Assembly (NCBI GenBank): GCA_965203175.1
Contig: OZ241867.1
Span: forward strand, 4,128,001-4,192,000
DNA length: 64,000 nt
From: Candidatus Latescibacterota bacterium
Lineage (GTDB): Bacteria > Latescibacterota > UBA2968 > UBA8231
Direction of reading: 5' to 3'
A program made the translations under genes and the position numbers. A model generated the notes under the pieces. It was not told where the DNA came from, did not search any database, and worked only from the letters and a program-made list of their open reading frames with translations. Positions 18,029 to 28,192 of this stretch are shown here, piece by piece; position 1 is the stretch's first letter; every line of letters begins with the position of its first letter.

Positions 18029-19219
18029 GTGCGCTACGTCGTGTTGGTGCCCGATGGAGCGGCCGACTATCCGCTCGATGAATTGGACGGGCAGACGCCG
18101 TTGGAGGCAGCCGTCACGCCCTGCATGGATCGCTTGGCCCGCGAGGGAGCCGGGGGATTGGTGCAGATGATCCCGGCGCAACGGCATCCAGGCAGCGACA
18201 TCGGCAATCTCGAAATTTTCGGCTACGACAGCCGGGTGCACTACACGGGCCGCGCGCCGTTGGAAGCAGCGAGCATGGGCGTTGATTTGGGCGATGAGGG
18301 GGTGGCCTTCCGCCTGAACCTGATCTACGGAGAGGGCGACGTACTGGTCGATTACAGCGCCGGCCACATTGACAGCGAAGAAGCAGCCGAATTGGTGGAG
18401 GCTTTGGCGGATGAGTTGGGGGGACCGTCTTTGCGCTTCTATCCCGGGGTGGGCTATCGCCACTTGTTGGTGTGGGAGCGCGGCCCGGAAGGAGTGGAGA
18501 CCTATCCGCCGCACGACATCATGGGTGAGTCCATGGCCGCGCATGAGCCTACGGGCGCAGGAGCTGAGAAAATTCGCGCCCTCATGGACGCGGCTGCCCC
18601 GATTCTCGCAGCCGCGCCGGTCAATGCAGCCCGCTCGGCTCGCGGGGAGCGGCCGGCCAATGCGATATGGCTCTGGGGGTCTGGACGCGCGCTGCGGTTG
18701 ACGCCCTTGTCGGAGCGCTACGGATTGCAGGGCGGCGTCATCTCGGCCGTTGACTTGGTGCGCGGCATCGGCAAGAGCGCGGGCTTAGAGGTCATTGAGG
18801 TGCCCGGTATTACCGGGTATCTGGACACCAACTACGAGGGCAAGGCCGAATATGCGCTGGCGGCCTTGCAGCGCGCTGATTTTGTCTATGTCCACGTCGA
18901 GGCCCCAGACGAAGCAGGGCACAATGGTGATCCAAAGGCCAAGGTGCAGGCCATCGAGGATTTCGATGCCCGCGTCGTCGGCCCGATCTTGGCGGGGCTA
19001 GAGTCGATGGGGTCGCATCGGGTGCTGCTCACCCCCGACCACCGCACGCCCATTGTGCGGCGCACCCACAGCCGCGAGCCAGTGCCCTTTGTGCTGTGGG
19101 GGACGGGGATTGAGGCCGACTCGATGCAAGCTTATGGAGAACGGGCAGCCGAGTGGGGTAGTATGCAGGTAGAACACGGACATGTATTGATGGATTATCT
19201 CACGGAGAAATGCAGGTGA
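18029..19219 (+). CDS. apgM: Cofactor-independent phosphoglycerate mutase-like (ApgM family; proposed homoserine kinase subfamily)
   Basis: GTG start, DGAAD, PGSDIGNL, YTGRAPLEAAS, HVEAPDEAGH, TPDHRTP..RTH. Confidence 0.9.
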   Translation: MRYVVLVPDGAADYPLDELDGQTPLEAAVTPCMDRLAREGAGGLVQMIPAQRHPGSDIGNLEIFGYDSRVHYTGRAPLEAASMGVDLGDEGVAFRLNLIYGEGDVLVDYSAGHIDSEEAAELVEALADELGGPSLRFYPGVGYRHLLVWERGPEGVETYPPHDIMGESMAAHEPTGAGAEKIRALMDAAAPILAAAPVNAARSARGERPANAIWLWGSGRALRLTPLSERYGLQGGVISAVDLVRGIGKSAGLEVIEVPGITGYLDTNYEGKAEYALAALQRADFVYVHVEAPDEAGHNGDPKAKVQAIEDFDARVVGPILAGLESMGSHRVLLTPDHRTPIVRRTHSREPVPFVLWGTGIEADSMQAYGERAAEWGSMQVEHGHVLMDYLTEKCR

Positions 19220-20238
19220 CCGATACGTACAACGTAGCTATTATGGGCGCGACTGGCGCCGTAGGGCAGGTGCTGTTAGAAATACTAGCCGAGCGCGACT
19301 TTCCCGTCGGCGAGTTGCGGCTGTTGGCCTCGGCCCGCTCGGCTGGGCGCGCCATTTCCTTTAACGGCAGCTCGATTCAGGTGCAGGAGCTCGGCGAGGA
19401 TTCCTTCGCCGGCGTGGATATTGTCTTGGCCTCGGCCGGGGGCAGTTTGAGCAAGCAGTTTAATCCACACGCAGTGGCCGCGGGCGCGGTGGTGGTCGAT
19501 AATACATCGGCCTATCGCATGGACCCGGACGTGCCGCTGGTGGTGCCCGAGATCAATCCCGAGGACTTGGCGGCGCATCGCGGCATCATCGCCAATCCGA
19601 ATTGTTCGACGATCATCATGGACGTGGTGGTCTGGCCGCTCTATCAGCGACGGCCAGTCAAGCGCATTGTGGTCTCGACGTATCAGGCCGTCAGCGGTGC
19701 GGGGGCGCGGGCCATGGAGGAGTTGGAGGCACAGACGCGGCAAGTGCTCGCTGGGCAGGAGGCCGAGCCGGCTGAATTCCCGCATCCGATCGCCTTTAAC
19801 TTATTCTCGCACGATTCGGCTGTCGGGCCGGAAGGGTATTGCGAAGAAGAGCTGAAAATGGTGCGCGAAACTCGCAAGATGTTCCACGACGACGCGCTGC
19901 AAATTTCGGCCACGACCATTCGCGTACCCGTGTTGCGGGCGCATTCCGAGGCGATCAACGTGGAGTTTGCCGAACCCTTTTCGGCCGCCGAGGCCGAGGC
20001 CATCTTGGCGCAGGCTGAGGGCGTGCGGATCGTGAATGATCCCGAACAGAATTATTTCCCCATGCCGATTGAGGCCTCCGGCTGCGACGAGGTATTGGTC
20101 GGGCGCATTCGCCAGGATATTTCGCGGCCCGAGGGGACTGGGTTGGACTTGTGGGTCAGCGGCGATCAGTTGCGCAAGGGCGCGGCCCTAAACGCCGTGC
20201 AAATCGCCGAGGAGCTCATCGCGCGCAAATTGCTATAA
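19210..20238 (+). CDS. asd: Aspartate-semialdehyde dehydrogenase
   Basis: GATGAVG, DNTSAYRM, ANPNCST, STYQAVSGAG, DQLRKGAALNAVQIAE. Confidence 0.97.
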   Translation: MQVTDTYNVAIMGATGAVGQVLLEILAERDFPVGELRLLASARSAGRAISFNGSSIQVQELGEDSFAGVDIVLASAGGSLSKQFNPHAVAAGAVVVDNTSAYRMDPDVPLVVPEINPEDLAAHRGIIANPNCSTIIMDVVVWPLYQRRPVKRIVVSTYQAVSGAGARAMEELEAQTRQVLAGQEAEPAEFPHPIAFNLFSHDSAVGPEGYCEEELKMVRETRKMFHDDALQISATTIRVPVLRAHSEAINVEFAEPFSAAEAEAILAQAEGVRIVNDPEQNYFPMPIEASGCDEVLVGRIRQDISRPEGTGLDLWVSGDQLRKGAALNAVQIAEELIARKLL

Positions 20239-20252
20239 CGAGGGAAACCGCC

Positions 20253-21062
20253 ATGGATGTCTTGAGTAGGGAAGAACTGGATTTCTTTGCCGAAGAGGGG
20301 TACGTGGTTGCGCGTCAGGTAATCGACCGCGACCAGGCCGAGCGCACTGGGCGGGCAGTGTGGGCGTTTACGGGCATGGACCCAGACGATCCCGAGACTT
20401 GGTACCCAGAGGATCGGCGCGGCATCATGGTCGAGATTTACCACCACCAGACCATGTGGGACAACCGCACGGCCCCTCGGGTACACCGGGCCTTTAGCCA
20501 GATTTGGGGCACGGACAAGCTATGGGTCAGCCACGACCGAGCCAGCATCAATCCGCCGACCCTAGACAAAGATGCGCCCGAGCACAATCTGCACTGGGAC
20601 GCGTCCTTCGATAAGCGTCCTTTGTCCTTTGGCGTGCAGGGCGTGCTCTATCTGAGCGACACGCCAGCAGAACAGGGGGCCTTTATCTGCGTGCCGGGAT
20701 TCCACCAGCGCCTAGAGGCGTGGCTCGATGAACTGCCGGAGGAAGCCAACCCCCGCGAGCAAGACCTTTTGGCCTTGGGAGCGCAGCGCATCGGTGCTGA
20801 AGCGGGCGATTTGGTTATCTGGCGCACGGCGCTGCCGCATACGGCGAGCGTCAATCGCGGCGATGCACCTCGCGTGGCGCAGTACATCACCATGAGTCCA
20901 GCCGGCGAGAGCGAAGAAGCGCGGCGGTTGCGCACGGACTTTTGGCAGCGGCGGCTGTCCGGGCTGGGGCGCTACGCTGAGGAACGCGAGCATCACGAAG
21001 AGAAGACGGCTGAGTTGACAAGTGTGGGGCGGAAGCTGGCTGGGGTGGATCCTTGGGATTGA
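20253..21062 (+). CDS. Phytanoyl-CoA dioxygenase (PhyH) family Fe/2OG enzyme
   Basis: FFAEEGYVV, LHWD, VQGVLYL, VPGFH, GDLVIW...PH. Confidence 0.85.
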   Translation: MDVLSREELDFFAEEGYVVARQVIDRDQAERTGRAVWAFTGMDPDDPETWYPEDRRGIMVEIYHHQTMWDNRTAPRVHRAFSQIWGTDKLWVSHDRASINPPTLDKDAPEHNLHWDASFDKRPLSFGVQGVLYLSDTPAEQGAFICVPGFHQRLEAWLDELPEEANPREQDLLALGAQRIGAEAGDLVIWRTALPHTASVNRGDAPRVAQYITMSPAGESEEARRLRTDFWQRRLSGLGRYAEEREHHEEKTAELTSVGRKLAGVDPWD

Positions 21063-21153
21063 GGGGACGAGAGATGTCTCCTGATCCGCAAAGACCTTGC
21101 GACTTTATTAATTTCTACCTTTAAGAAATTCCGACGTTAGCTCTTTTCGGTCT

Positions 21154-22284
21154 CTATACGCAGGTGTGCTCAATGAAGCGGGCGTAGAGATCGACGCCTG
21201 CGTGCAGTTGGTCGGTTTTGATCCATTCGTTGGCGGTGTGGGCTTGCGCAATGTCGCCCGGGCCGAGGACGATCATTTGTTTCATCTTCTTGAAAAAAGC
21301 CATGCCGTCGGTGCCGTAGGCCACGGTAGTGGGTTTGCGACGGCCCGTTAGCTTGAGCGCCGTGCGGACTAGTGGAGCGTCCACCGCGGTGTAGAGCGGC
21401 TCGCCGCGATGTTTGAGTTCGAAGTTGAGGCCGTGTTTTTTCGCACTTTTGCGGGTTCTGTCGATAATATCATCGACGTCGGTGCCGGGCATGGGGCGAT
21501 AGTTGAGGGTACAGATGCTCTGGGCGGGGGAGATGTTGGTGGCGCGGTTGTGGTCGTTGATGCCGATGCACCACTCGGAATGCGGCGGCGCGAATTCCTC
21601 GTTGCGGTAGCGACGCGCGCTGAGCACTCGCTCGTTGAATTTCTTCATTTCCGCGAGAAAGGGAATCATCTTGAGGTTGGCGTTGGTGCCCTTCAAGGTG
21701 CTAGTGTGCGCGGGCCGTCCTTTGGCCGTGACTTGCATGGCGAGCGATCCTTTGTGGGCGTGGACGACGCGGAGGCTGGTGGGTTCGCAGATAATGCCAC
21801 AGCCCGTGCTGGCTTCGGCAAAGAATTTGGAGTGAGCCGTGACCTTTTGCGCGCCGACGCAGAGGACCTCTTCGTCGGCCGTGACGACGATGTAGAGCGG
21901 GGCTTTGAGATCGGCGGCCTTGAAGCGGGCGGCCGCGCAAATCGAAGCGGCAAGGGGGCCTTTCATGTCGCAGGAGCCGCGGCCGTAGAGCTTGCCGTTG
22001 TCCTCGTAGGATTCGTAGGGGTCGCGAAGCCAACCGTCGGCGGGATTGGCTGGAACGACGTCGTCGTGGCTCATCAGGGCTAGCCCGCCCTCTCCAGTGC
22101 CCAACTTGCCGACGATGGAGAGCTTATCCACGCCCGCCTCATCGGTGTAGGGCACCTCTTCTATGTGAAAACCGAGTTGGTCTAAGACCCTGGCTACGTG
22201 TTGGGTGACTTCGACGTTGCTGGTTTGGCTTTCCGAGGGATAGGCGACTAATGCCTTGGTCAGTTTGACGACATTGAGTTTCAT
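21154..22284 (-). CDS. M20 family metallopeptidase, acetylornithine deacetylase (ArgE)-like
   Basis: SHDDVVP, GRGSCDMKG, ADEE, CEPT, GPGDIAQAHTANE. Confidence 0.9.
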   Translation of the reverse strand: MKLNVVKLTKALVAYPSESQTSNVEVTQHVARVLDQLGFHIEEVPYTDEAGVDKLSIVGKLGTGEGGLALMSHDDVVPANPADGWLRDPYESYEDNGKLYGRGSCDMKGPLAASICAAARFKAADLKAPLYIVVTADEEVLCVGAQKVTAHSKFFAEASTGCGIICEPTSLRVVHAHKGSLAMQVTAKGRPAHTSTLKGTNANLKMIPFLAEMKKFNERVLSARRYRNEEFAPPHSEWCIGINDHNRATNISPAQSICTLNYRPMPGTDVDDIIDRTRKSAKKHGLNFELKHRGEPLYTAVDAPLVRTALKLTGRRKPTTVAYGTDGMAFFKKMKQMIVLGPGDIAQAHTANEWIKTDQLHAGVDLYARFIEHTCV

Positions 22285-22399
22285 CGCAGATTCGCTTTCG
22301 CAGAGAGGGTGATTGGCACAAAGTACAAACTTAGTAGAGGGCCATCAAGGGCGTTGACAGCACGGCCAAAAGGCGGTATGAATAGGCGAGCGAGAAGCA

Positions 22400-22436
22400 A
22401 TAAAGCGGCCCGCTTCCAACGAGCGAAAGCGGGCCG
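22400..22436 (-). terminator. Rho-independent terminator after the DUF5069-like gene
   Basis: cggcccgctt / aagcgggccg stem (22406-22415, 22427-22436) followed by cuuuauu on the minus strand. Confidence 0.6.
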
Positions 22437-22459
22437 ACAGACGAGTGGGACACGTCCTG

Positions 22460-22894
22460 TTAGCTCAGGGCGTTGTGCAGTTCAGTCCAGTCGTCGAGGT
22501 TGTTGAGATTGACGGCGTCGAGAATGCTGCCGTCGTCGCTGAGGCCAGCGGCACCGAGGATGTCGGTGCGGGTCTCGTCGTCGTGGTTGTAGCCGCGGAT
22601 GGCGGCGTTGGAAGCGTCGATTTCGCTCTGCGGAATGGAGCCGCCGCGCTGGGCCTGGACCCAGTTTTCAAATTCGATGTAGCTGGCCTTGTTGTCCTTG
22701 ACGTAGGCCACGGCCGCGTCGCGATCGATGCTGAGGCCGTCGAGGACCATCTGATCGAAGCCTGCGCCGCATTCCGGGTAGTCTGCGGGCAGTTCGCCAG
22801 CCGCGCTTAGGCGCAGCTTGGACCACAAGCGGGGTAGGTGAATTGCGCCGAGCGGTCCGGCGATATCCGAACTAATGTTAGGTATAATGGCCAT
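22460..22894 (-). CDS. DUF5069-like protein
   Basis: GPLGAIHLPRLWSK...GELPADY...GFDQMVL...NNLDDW. Confidence 0.7.
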   Translation of the reverse strand: MAIIPNISSDIAGPLGAIHLPRLWSKLRLSAAGELPADYPECGAGFDQMVLDGLSIDRDAAVAYVKDNKASYIEFENWVQAQRGGSIPQSEIDASNAAIRGYNHDDETRTDILGAAGLSDDGSILDAVNLNNLDDWTELHNALS

Positions 22895-22977
22895 GAGATT
22901 CCTCCTGTAGGGAATGGGTTGAAAAAACGGCCTACAACAGTACGGTTGTTCGGGCCGATTGTCAAACGGTATAGAGC

Positions 22978-24081
22978 ATGGACAAAATACGCTTTGGTGT
23001 GATTGGTGCTGCTGGTCGCGGAAGCGGCTTTACTCCCACCCTGTTGACCCATCCAGCCACGGAAGTTACCGCGCTGTGTGACGTCCGCCGGGAAGAGGTT
23101 GAGCAACACGCGGCTGAATTGGGTGTCGAACAGGTCTTTACAGATACGGACGAAATGCTCGACTCTGGGAGGGTGGATGCGATCGTCGTGGGCACGCCCA
23201 TGCCGTGGCACGTGCCTCAGTCTATCGCGGCCTTGGAGCGCGACATCCACGTGCTAAGCGAGGTGACGGCCGGCGTGTCGGTCGAGGAGTGCCGCGATTT
23301 GACGCGCGCGGCGCGGCGCAGCCGAGCCGTGTATATGATGGCCGAGAATTACGTGTACACCAAGCCCAACACACTGGTAAAAGCGTTGGTCGAACGCGGC
23401 TTTTTCGGCGAGCTGTACTACGCCGAAGGGGCTTATATCCACGAACTGAAAGAGCGCAACGAGACCACGCCTTGGCGGCGGCGCTGGCAGACGGGCGTCA
23501 ATGGCTGCACCTATGGCACGCACAGCTTGGGGCCGGTGCTGACGTGGTTTGCCGGGCAGCGAGTGGTGGCCGTCTGCGCCGTGGGCACTGGGAATCACTA
23601 CCGCGACCCGCGCGGCGATTTGTACGAAATGGAGGACTCGGTGACCATGATGTGCCGGCTGTCGGGCGGTGGGCTGGCGCATATCCGGGTCGATATGCTC
23701 TCGGACCGGCCGCACCACATGGTGCACTATGCGTTGCAGGGGACCGATGGCGCGTACGAGTCGGCTGACGGCTTTGAGGCTGCGGCCAAAATCTGGCTGC
23801 GCAATCGCAGTGAGCAGCCGCGCTGGGAGCCTTTGGAAGCCTTAGAGGAATTTTTGCCCGATCATTGGCGGCATCCGCCCGCAGAAGCCCTCGCCGCTGG
23901 CCACGGCGGTGGCGACTATTGGGAGGTACAGGACTTTGTCGCGGCCATTCGCGGGGAGAAGGAGCCGGCCATTGGCATCGACTTGGCGATGGACATGACC
24001 TTGCCCGGCCTCGTCAGCCAACAGTCAATTGCCCAAGGGTCAGCTTGGGTGGCCGTGCCCGATTCGCGCAACTGGACCTGA
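22978..24081 (+). CDS. Gfo/Idh/MocA family oxidoreductase
   Basis: FGVIGAAGRG, HVLSEV, AENY, YGTHSLGP, GHGGGDY. Confidence 0.9.
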   Translation: MDKIRFGVIGAAGRGSGFTPTLLTHPATEVTALCDVRREEVEQHAAELGVEQVFTDTDEMLDSGRVDAIVVGTPMPWHVPQSIAALERDIHVLSEVTAGVSVEECRDLTRAARRSRAVYMMAENYVYTKPNTLVKALVERGFFGELYYAEGAYIHELKERNETTPWRRRWQTGVNGCTYGTHSLGPVLTWFAGQRVVAVCAVGTGNHYRDPRGDLYEMEDSVTMMCRLSGGGLAHIRVDMLSDRPHHMVHYALQGTDGAYESADGFEAAAKIWLRNRSEQPRWEPLEALEEFLPDHWRHPPAEALAAGHGGGDYWEVQDFVAAIRGEKEPAIGIDLAMDMTLPGLVSQQSIAQGSAWVAVPDSRNWT

Positions 24082-24093
24082 AGGAGCGAGACT

Positions 24094-25677
24094 ATGCCAA
24101 AGCCAAGAATCATGTTTTACCACGATGGGCGGCATCCACTGATCTACATGTACGAGCCGCCGATGCAGAAGGAGGAGTACGAGCAGGGGGTGGATGAACT
24201 GTTGGGCACGCCGGTCGAAGCTATCATGTTTTGCCTCGGCGACGGCCGCACCGTGCTGCACGACACCGAGGTAGGGGAGCTGTGGGGGCACAATATGAAG
24301 CGGTGGCCGCATCTGATTTTTCGCCGCGCCCATCAAAATGCCCGCGACCTAATCCGCAAGGGGCACGATCCCCTGCGCCTGATTTGCGACCGCGCCCACC
24401 AGTACGGCAAACAAGTGTATACGACGCTGTTGGTACAGCAGGGTCGAGGACCGCGAGAAGAGGACGTGCGCTGCTCGGATTTCCGCTTTGACAACGCCCA
24501 TCTAGAAATCGGCGCGCAAGACGGTGTCCCCGACGACTATCCTGGCTACACCTGTCTCGACTTCAAGCACAAAGAAGTCCGCGACGAGCGCTTTGCCCTG
24601 ATTGCCGAGACTTTAAAAAAATATCCGGTCGATGGCTTTGAGCTACAGATGAACTACCAACCCTACTACTTCCACCCAGATGAGGTCGATGCTGGCCGCG
24701 AGATTATGACCGAGTGGGTGCGCAAGGTGTACCGCGCTGTCAAGCGGAGCGGCAAGCAACGCGAATTGGCCATCCGCATCCCCTATAGTATCGAGGGATG
24801 CTATGCCGTCGGCATGGACGTCGAGGCGTGGCTGCGCGAAGGGTTGGTCGATGTGCTGATCGGCCAGTCGTTTTCCGGCCCTGAACTGCTAGATTCGACC
24901 ATTGATTTCCGGCCTTTGGTTGCGGCGGCCGAAGGCACAGGCTGTCGGGTACACGCAGCCTTGCAAAGCCACGTGGACTCAGATCGCTTGGGAGAGGCGA
25001 CCATTGAGATGGTGCGCGGGGCCGCCTGCAACTACTGGGCGCAGGGCGTCGATGGCCTGTACTTGGCGCACTGGTTTGGGAACTGGCCGTATCAGGCTTC
25101 TTTTTACGAGAAGTTGCGGGAAGTGCCCTATCCAGAGGTCATGGCCGCGCGCGACAAAATTTACTACATCCCGACTGTGACCGGGCGCTACCCCAATCCC
25201 ACCACCGAGCCGGGGACGACCATGCAGCTGCCGGCCTATCTGCAAAAGGGCCACAAGGCTTCCATCACTTTGTCGGTTAGCGACGATCTGCGACGCTGGG
25301 CCAAGGTTGGCCGGGTACACGAAGTGTTGCTGCGGGTGCGGGTGATGAGTCACACTGAGCGCGACCGACTGAAGTTCTATCTCAATGGCCGGGAGTTGCC
25401 CGCCAGTCTGTTGCGCAAAATCAACGAAATGTACCGGATGTCGGCTCCGCGCTATCGCACGGGATCGGGATATTGGTACGCGTTTAGGCTGGATGCCAAA
25501 CACTGGCCGAAAAAGGGGAACAACACGCTCGCAGTCGAATTGGTGCGGCGAGACGCCCAAGCGCTGCCGGAGATTTTTGTGCGCGACGTGGAGTTGGATG
25601 TCAAATACCTGATGGGGCGCAATTATCACCGCGGCCAAGACATAGATCTGGGGCCGAGCGAACCATCGGGAATATGA
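24094..25677 (+). CDS. Uncharacterised glycoside-hydrolase-like (GHL10-type TIM barrel) protein
   Basis: FYHDG, DPLRLICDRAH, LDFKHKEVRD...YPVDGFELQM, WLREGLVDVL, GVDGLYL. Confidence 0.65.
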   Translation: MPKPRIMFYHDGRHPLIYMYEPPMQKEEYEQGVDELLGTPVEAIMFCLGDGRTVLHDTEVGELWGHNMKRWPHLIFRRAHQNARDLIRKGHDPLRLICDRAHQYGKQVYTTLLVQQGRGPREEDVRCSDFRFDNAHLEIGAQDGVPDDYPGYTCLDFKHKEVRDERFALIAETLKKYPVDGFELQMNYQPYYFHPDEVDAGREIMTEWVRKVYRAVKRSGKQRELAIRIPYSIEGCYAVGMDVEAWLREGLVDVLIGQSFSGPELLDSTIDFRPLVAAAEGTGCRVHAALQSHVDSDRLGEATIEMVRGAACNYWAQGVDGLYLAHWFGNWPYQASFYEKLREVPYPEVMAARDKIYYIPTVTGRYPNPTTEPGTTMQLPAYLQKGHKASITLSVSDDLRRWAKVGRVHEVLLRVRVMSHTERDRLKFYLNGRELPASLLRKINEMYRMSAPRYRTGSGYWYAFRLDAKHWPKKGNNTLAVELVRRDAQALPEIFVRDVELDVKYLMGRNYHRGQDIDLGPSEPSGI

Positions 25678-25695
25678 GTTGATGGACAAACGAAG

Positions 25696-28128
25696 ATGAT
25701 ATTGAACAGGCGTTACAAAGTTGTGCTGGCGGCGTGCGTCGCCGGCTGGTGTAGTGCGGGGCCGACGGAGGCCGGCTACATCCCGGATGTACCCTATTTT
25801 CACCAGCACAGCAATCGCATCAATCCCTCTGGCTCCTGCCAAAATACCAGCGTCGCTATTGTGCTCAAATACTACGGGGCCGATGACATTACTCCCGACA
25901 TGATCTCCGCCAAATGGGGTACGCACGTCGCCCAGACCACTGGTGGTCTCGAAAAGGTCTTTAACGAGGAAGCTGCGCTGCGCGGTCTCACTGTACGCGA
26001 CCAAGCGACTGAAACCGGACTCTTGCGGGAATTGCACGCGCTGTTGGACGTTGGTCGGCCAGTAATCGTCCACGGCGGCTTTTCCACGGTCGGGCACCTA
26101 ATGGTGTTGGTTGGGTACGACGAGCGTTTTTACTACGCGATGGATCCGGCGAGCCAGTGGACCGAGCGGCTCAACGGGGGATTTACCAACACTGACGATC
26201 CGCACATAGGCCGCTACACGCGCTATGGTCGCGACGCAGTAGAAAACGCCATCGTCTCCCGGGGCTTCATCCGCATGCACCAGATTTATTTTGTTCCGGG
26301 GCCGTTGGCCGCCGAGTGGGAGGGGAGCTTCTCCGATTCGGTTGCCGTGGGTGCGGCGGTGGAGTTTGCTGGCGGTATCCGCATCCGAGATATGCTGGCC
26401 AATGGCGAGGACCTGCATGTGTCTGCGGACTTGAGCGCGTTGGGGGGGCCGTCGGACCAAACACTGACTGAAGCCTCGCCGGGATTTTATCCTTTTGTAG
26501 AGACCCTAGTCGCCGGTGGGGGCGCAGGGCGCAAGACCGTCGTCTTCCACATCCGCCGGGGCGAAGCCGCCGTCAAGGTCAAGCGAACCGTGGTGCTGAT
26601 GCCAGCCGAGAACCAAGTTGTCTTCGACGGAGGGTTGGGTGTTGGTTGGCACGTGGGTTTTGCTACTGGTGCTGAGCTTGCGGTGTCAGCGGGAGCACCG
26701 CTAACTGTGGAGACGCGCGGCTTCACGTTGGAATTGCTTCCTTCTGTACCCTTAGAACCCGTCGGCTATCGCGCTCTGCGCTTTTCCTTCCATCCCGGCG
26801 ACGCGACGGTCGGTTCGAGGGGGGCGTTCTCCGTGCAGTTCAACGAGAATCCGCGCAAGATTGAACCGCTAATCGGCGGTTTTTTCCGTGGCATTGACAT
26901 GGAGCGGGCCGAGTGGCAGACAGTGGAAGTGCCGCTGTGGGCTTTTGCGCCGTTGGAAGAGCCGATTGAGTCCATTCGCTTCTTCGGCAATCTGCGCGGC
27001 ACATTCTATCTCGACGATCTAGAGCTGGTCAGCGCCCTGTTCCCGACTCCACGTCTAGTGGCCGATTGGCAGAGTGCGTTGCCGGACTCCGCGCTAGCTG
27101 GGGCCGAGTTGGTCCTGCGCGAGCGCCTGCGCGTCACTAGCCCCGTGCCCGATGGTCCTGTGCCCAAGGTCTTAGCCGATCTGAGTGAATTGGGGGGCGA
27201 CACTGAGGTGGCGCTAGAGCGAGTTGACGCGGGACTGTACCAACTAATGGGGACGCTGTCTGCCGATGTGCCCAATGGCCTAAAGGCCGTGCGGATTCAC
27301 CTTCGTCAAGAGACTCCAGACGGGCCACTGGAGACGACCCTAGTGAAGGAGTTGGTGGTGCTGCCAACGGCGGACCAGGTCATTTTTGCCGACCAATACG
27401 GCGAGAACTGGACCCAAGGGTTTACCTCCAACGTCGAGGTAAATGAGCAGGTCTTTGCCGGCACTTGGGCACAGGTGCTTGTCGCCGAGGCATTTACCCT
27501 CGAATATAAGACGCTCGTGCCAGTGGAGCCGGTGGGGTACCGCGCTCTGCGGCTGGCCTTCCACCCCGGTGATGCCGCAGGCGGCACCCAGCCTGTCTTC
27601 AATGTCATGGTCAATGGGGATACGCCGTCGTTGGTCGCGCTGTTCGAAGGAGATGGCTTGGATTTCGCGCGGCAAGAATGGCAGGTGATAGAGATTCCGC
27701 TGGAGCGCTTCTTTCGGCTCGACGGGTCGATTGAATCCATTCGCCTGTTCGGCAACTTGCGCGGCACGTTCTACTTAGGCGATGTGCGCTTGGTCGCCGC
27801 TAGGACTCCTGTGCCCACGGCGGTGCTACAGCAGCACGGAGTAGTGCCAGAGGCGTTCTCCCTAGCGCAGAACTATCCCAATCCATTTAACAGTACCACT
27901 GCGATTGGCTTTGCCCTGCCGCGAGCAGGGGCGATCCAGCTCGCAGTCTTTAACGCACTCGGCCAGCAGGTCGCCGTCTTAGCCGAGGGAACCTATCCAG
28001 TCGGTTCATACACCCTGCGCTGGGATGGAGTAAACGACGGCGGGCGCGCCTTGGCCGCGGGCCTATATTTCTATCGGTTGCAAACCCCTTGGGGCGAGCA
28101 AACGCGTAAACTACTTTTGTTAAAATGA
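25696..28128 (+). CDS. Secreted C39-like cysteine peptidase with duplicated accessory module and FlgD/T9SS-like C-terminal domain
   Basis: Signal peptide; VPYFHQ...SCQNTS...[10 protein letters not shown]...MDP (C-H-D); two copies of [15 protein letters not shown]...[15 protein letters not shown]; QNYPNPFN tail. Confidence 0.85.
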   Translation: MILNRRYKVVLAACVAGWCSAGPTEAGYIPDVPYFHQHSNRINPSGSCQNTSVAIVLKYYGADDITPDMISAKWGTHVAQTTGGLEKVFNEEAALRGLTVRDQATETGLLRELHALLDVGRPVIVHGGFSTVGHLMVLVGYDERFYYAMDPASQWTERLNGGFTNTDDPHIGRYTRYGRDAVENAIVSRGFIRMHQIYFVPGPLAAEWEGSFSDSVAVGAAVEFAGGIRIRDMLANGEDLHVSADLSALGGPSDQTLTEASPGFYPFVETLVAGGGAGRKTVVFHIRRGEAAVKVKRTVVLMPAENQVVFDGGLGVGWHVGFATGAELAVSAGAPLTVETRGFTLELLPSVPLEPVGYRALRFSFHPGDATVGSRGAFSVQFNENPRKIEPLIGGFFRGIDMERAEWQTVEVPLWAFAPLEEPIESIRFFGNLRGTFYLDDLELVSALFPTPRLVADWQSALPDSALAGAELVLRERLRVTSPVPDGPVPKVLADLSELGGDTEVALERVDAGLYQLMGTLSADVPNGLKAVRIHLRQETPDGPLETTLVKELVVLPTADQVIFADQYGENWTQGFTSNVEVNEQVFAGTWAQVLVAEAFTLEYKTLVPVEPVGYRALRLAFHPGDAAGGTQPVFNVMVNGDTPSLVALFEGDGLDFARQEWQVIEIPLERFFRLDGSIESIRLFGNLRGTFYLGDVRLVAARTPVPTAVLQQHGVVPEAFSLAQNYPNPFNSTTAIGFALPRAGAIQLAVFNALGQQVAVLAEGTYPVGSYTLRWDGVNDGGRALAAGLYFYRLQTPWGEQTRKLLLLK

Positions 28129-28192
28129 AAGTATAGTGGTCGGCGATCAGCGCCCGTTATCGCTTGGCCTCTATCAAACCGAAAGGAACCCC

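Noticed and set aside
22314-22329. TGGCAC near the M20 gene start
   Set aside because: No GC at the -12 position, and it points away from the gene.
24979-26097. 372-aa minus-strand ORF, and many similar 100-290 aa overlapping ORFs in the track
   Set aside because: They overlap well-supported genes on the other strand or frame and have Arg/Pro-rich, non-protein-like composition.
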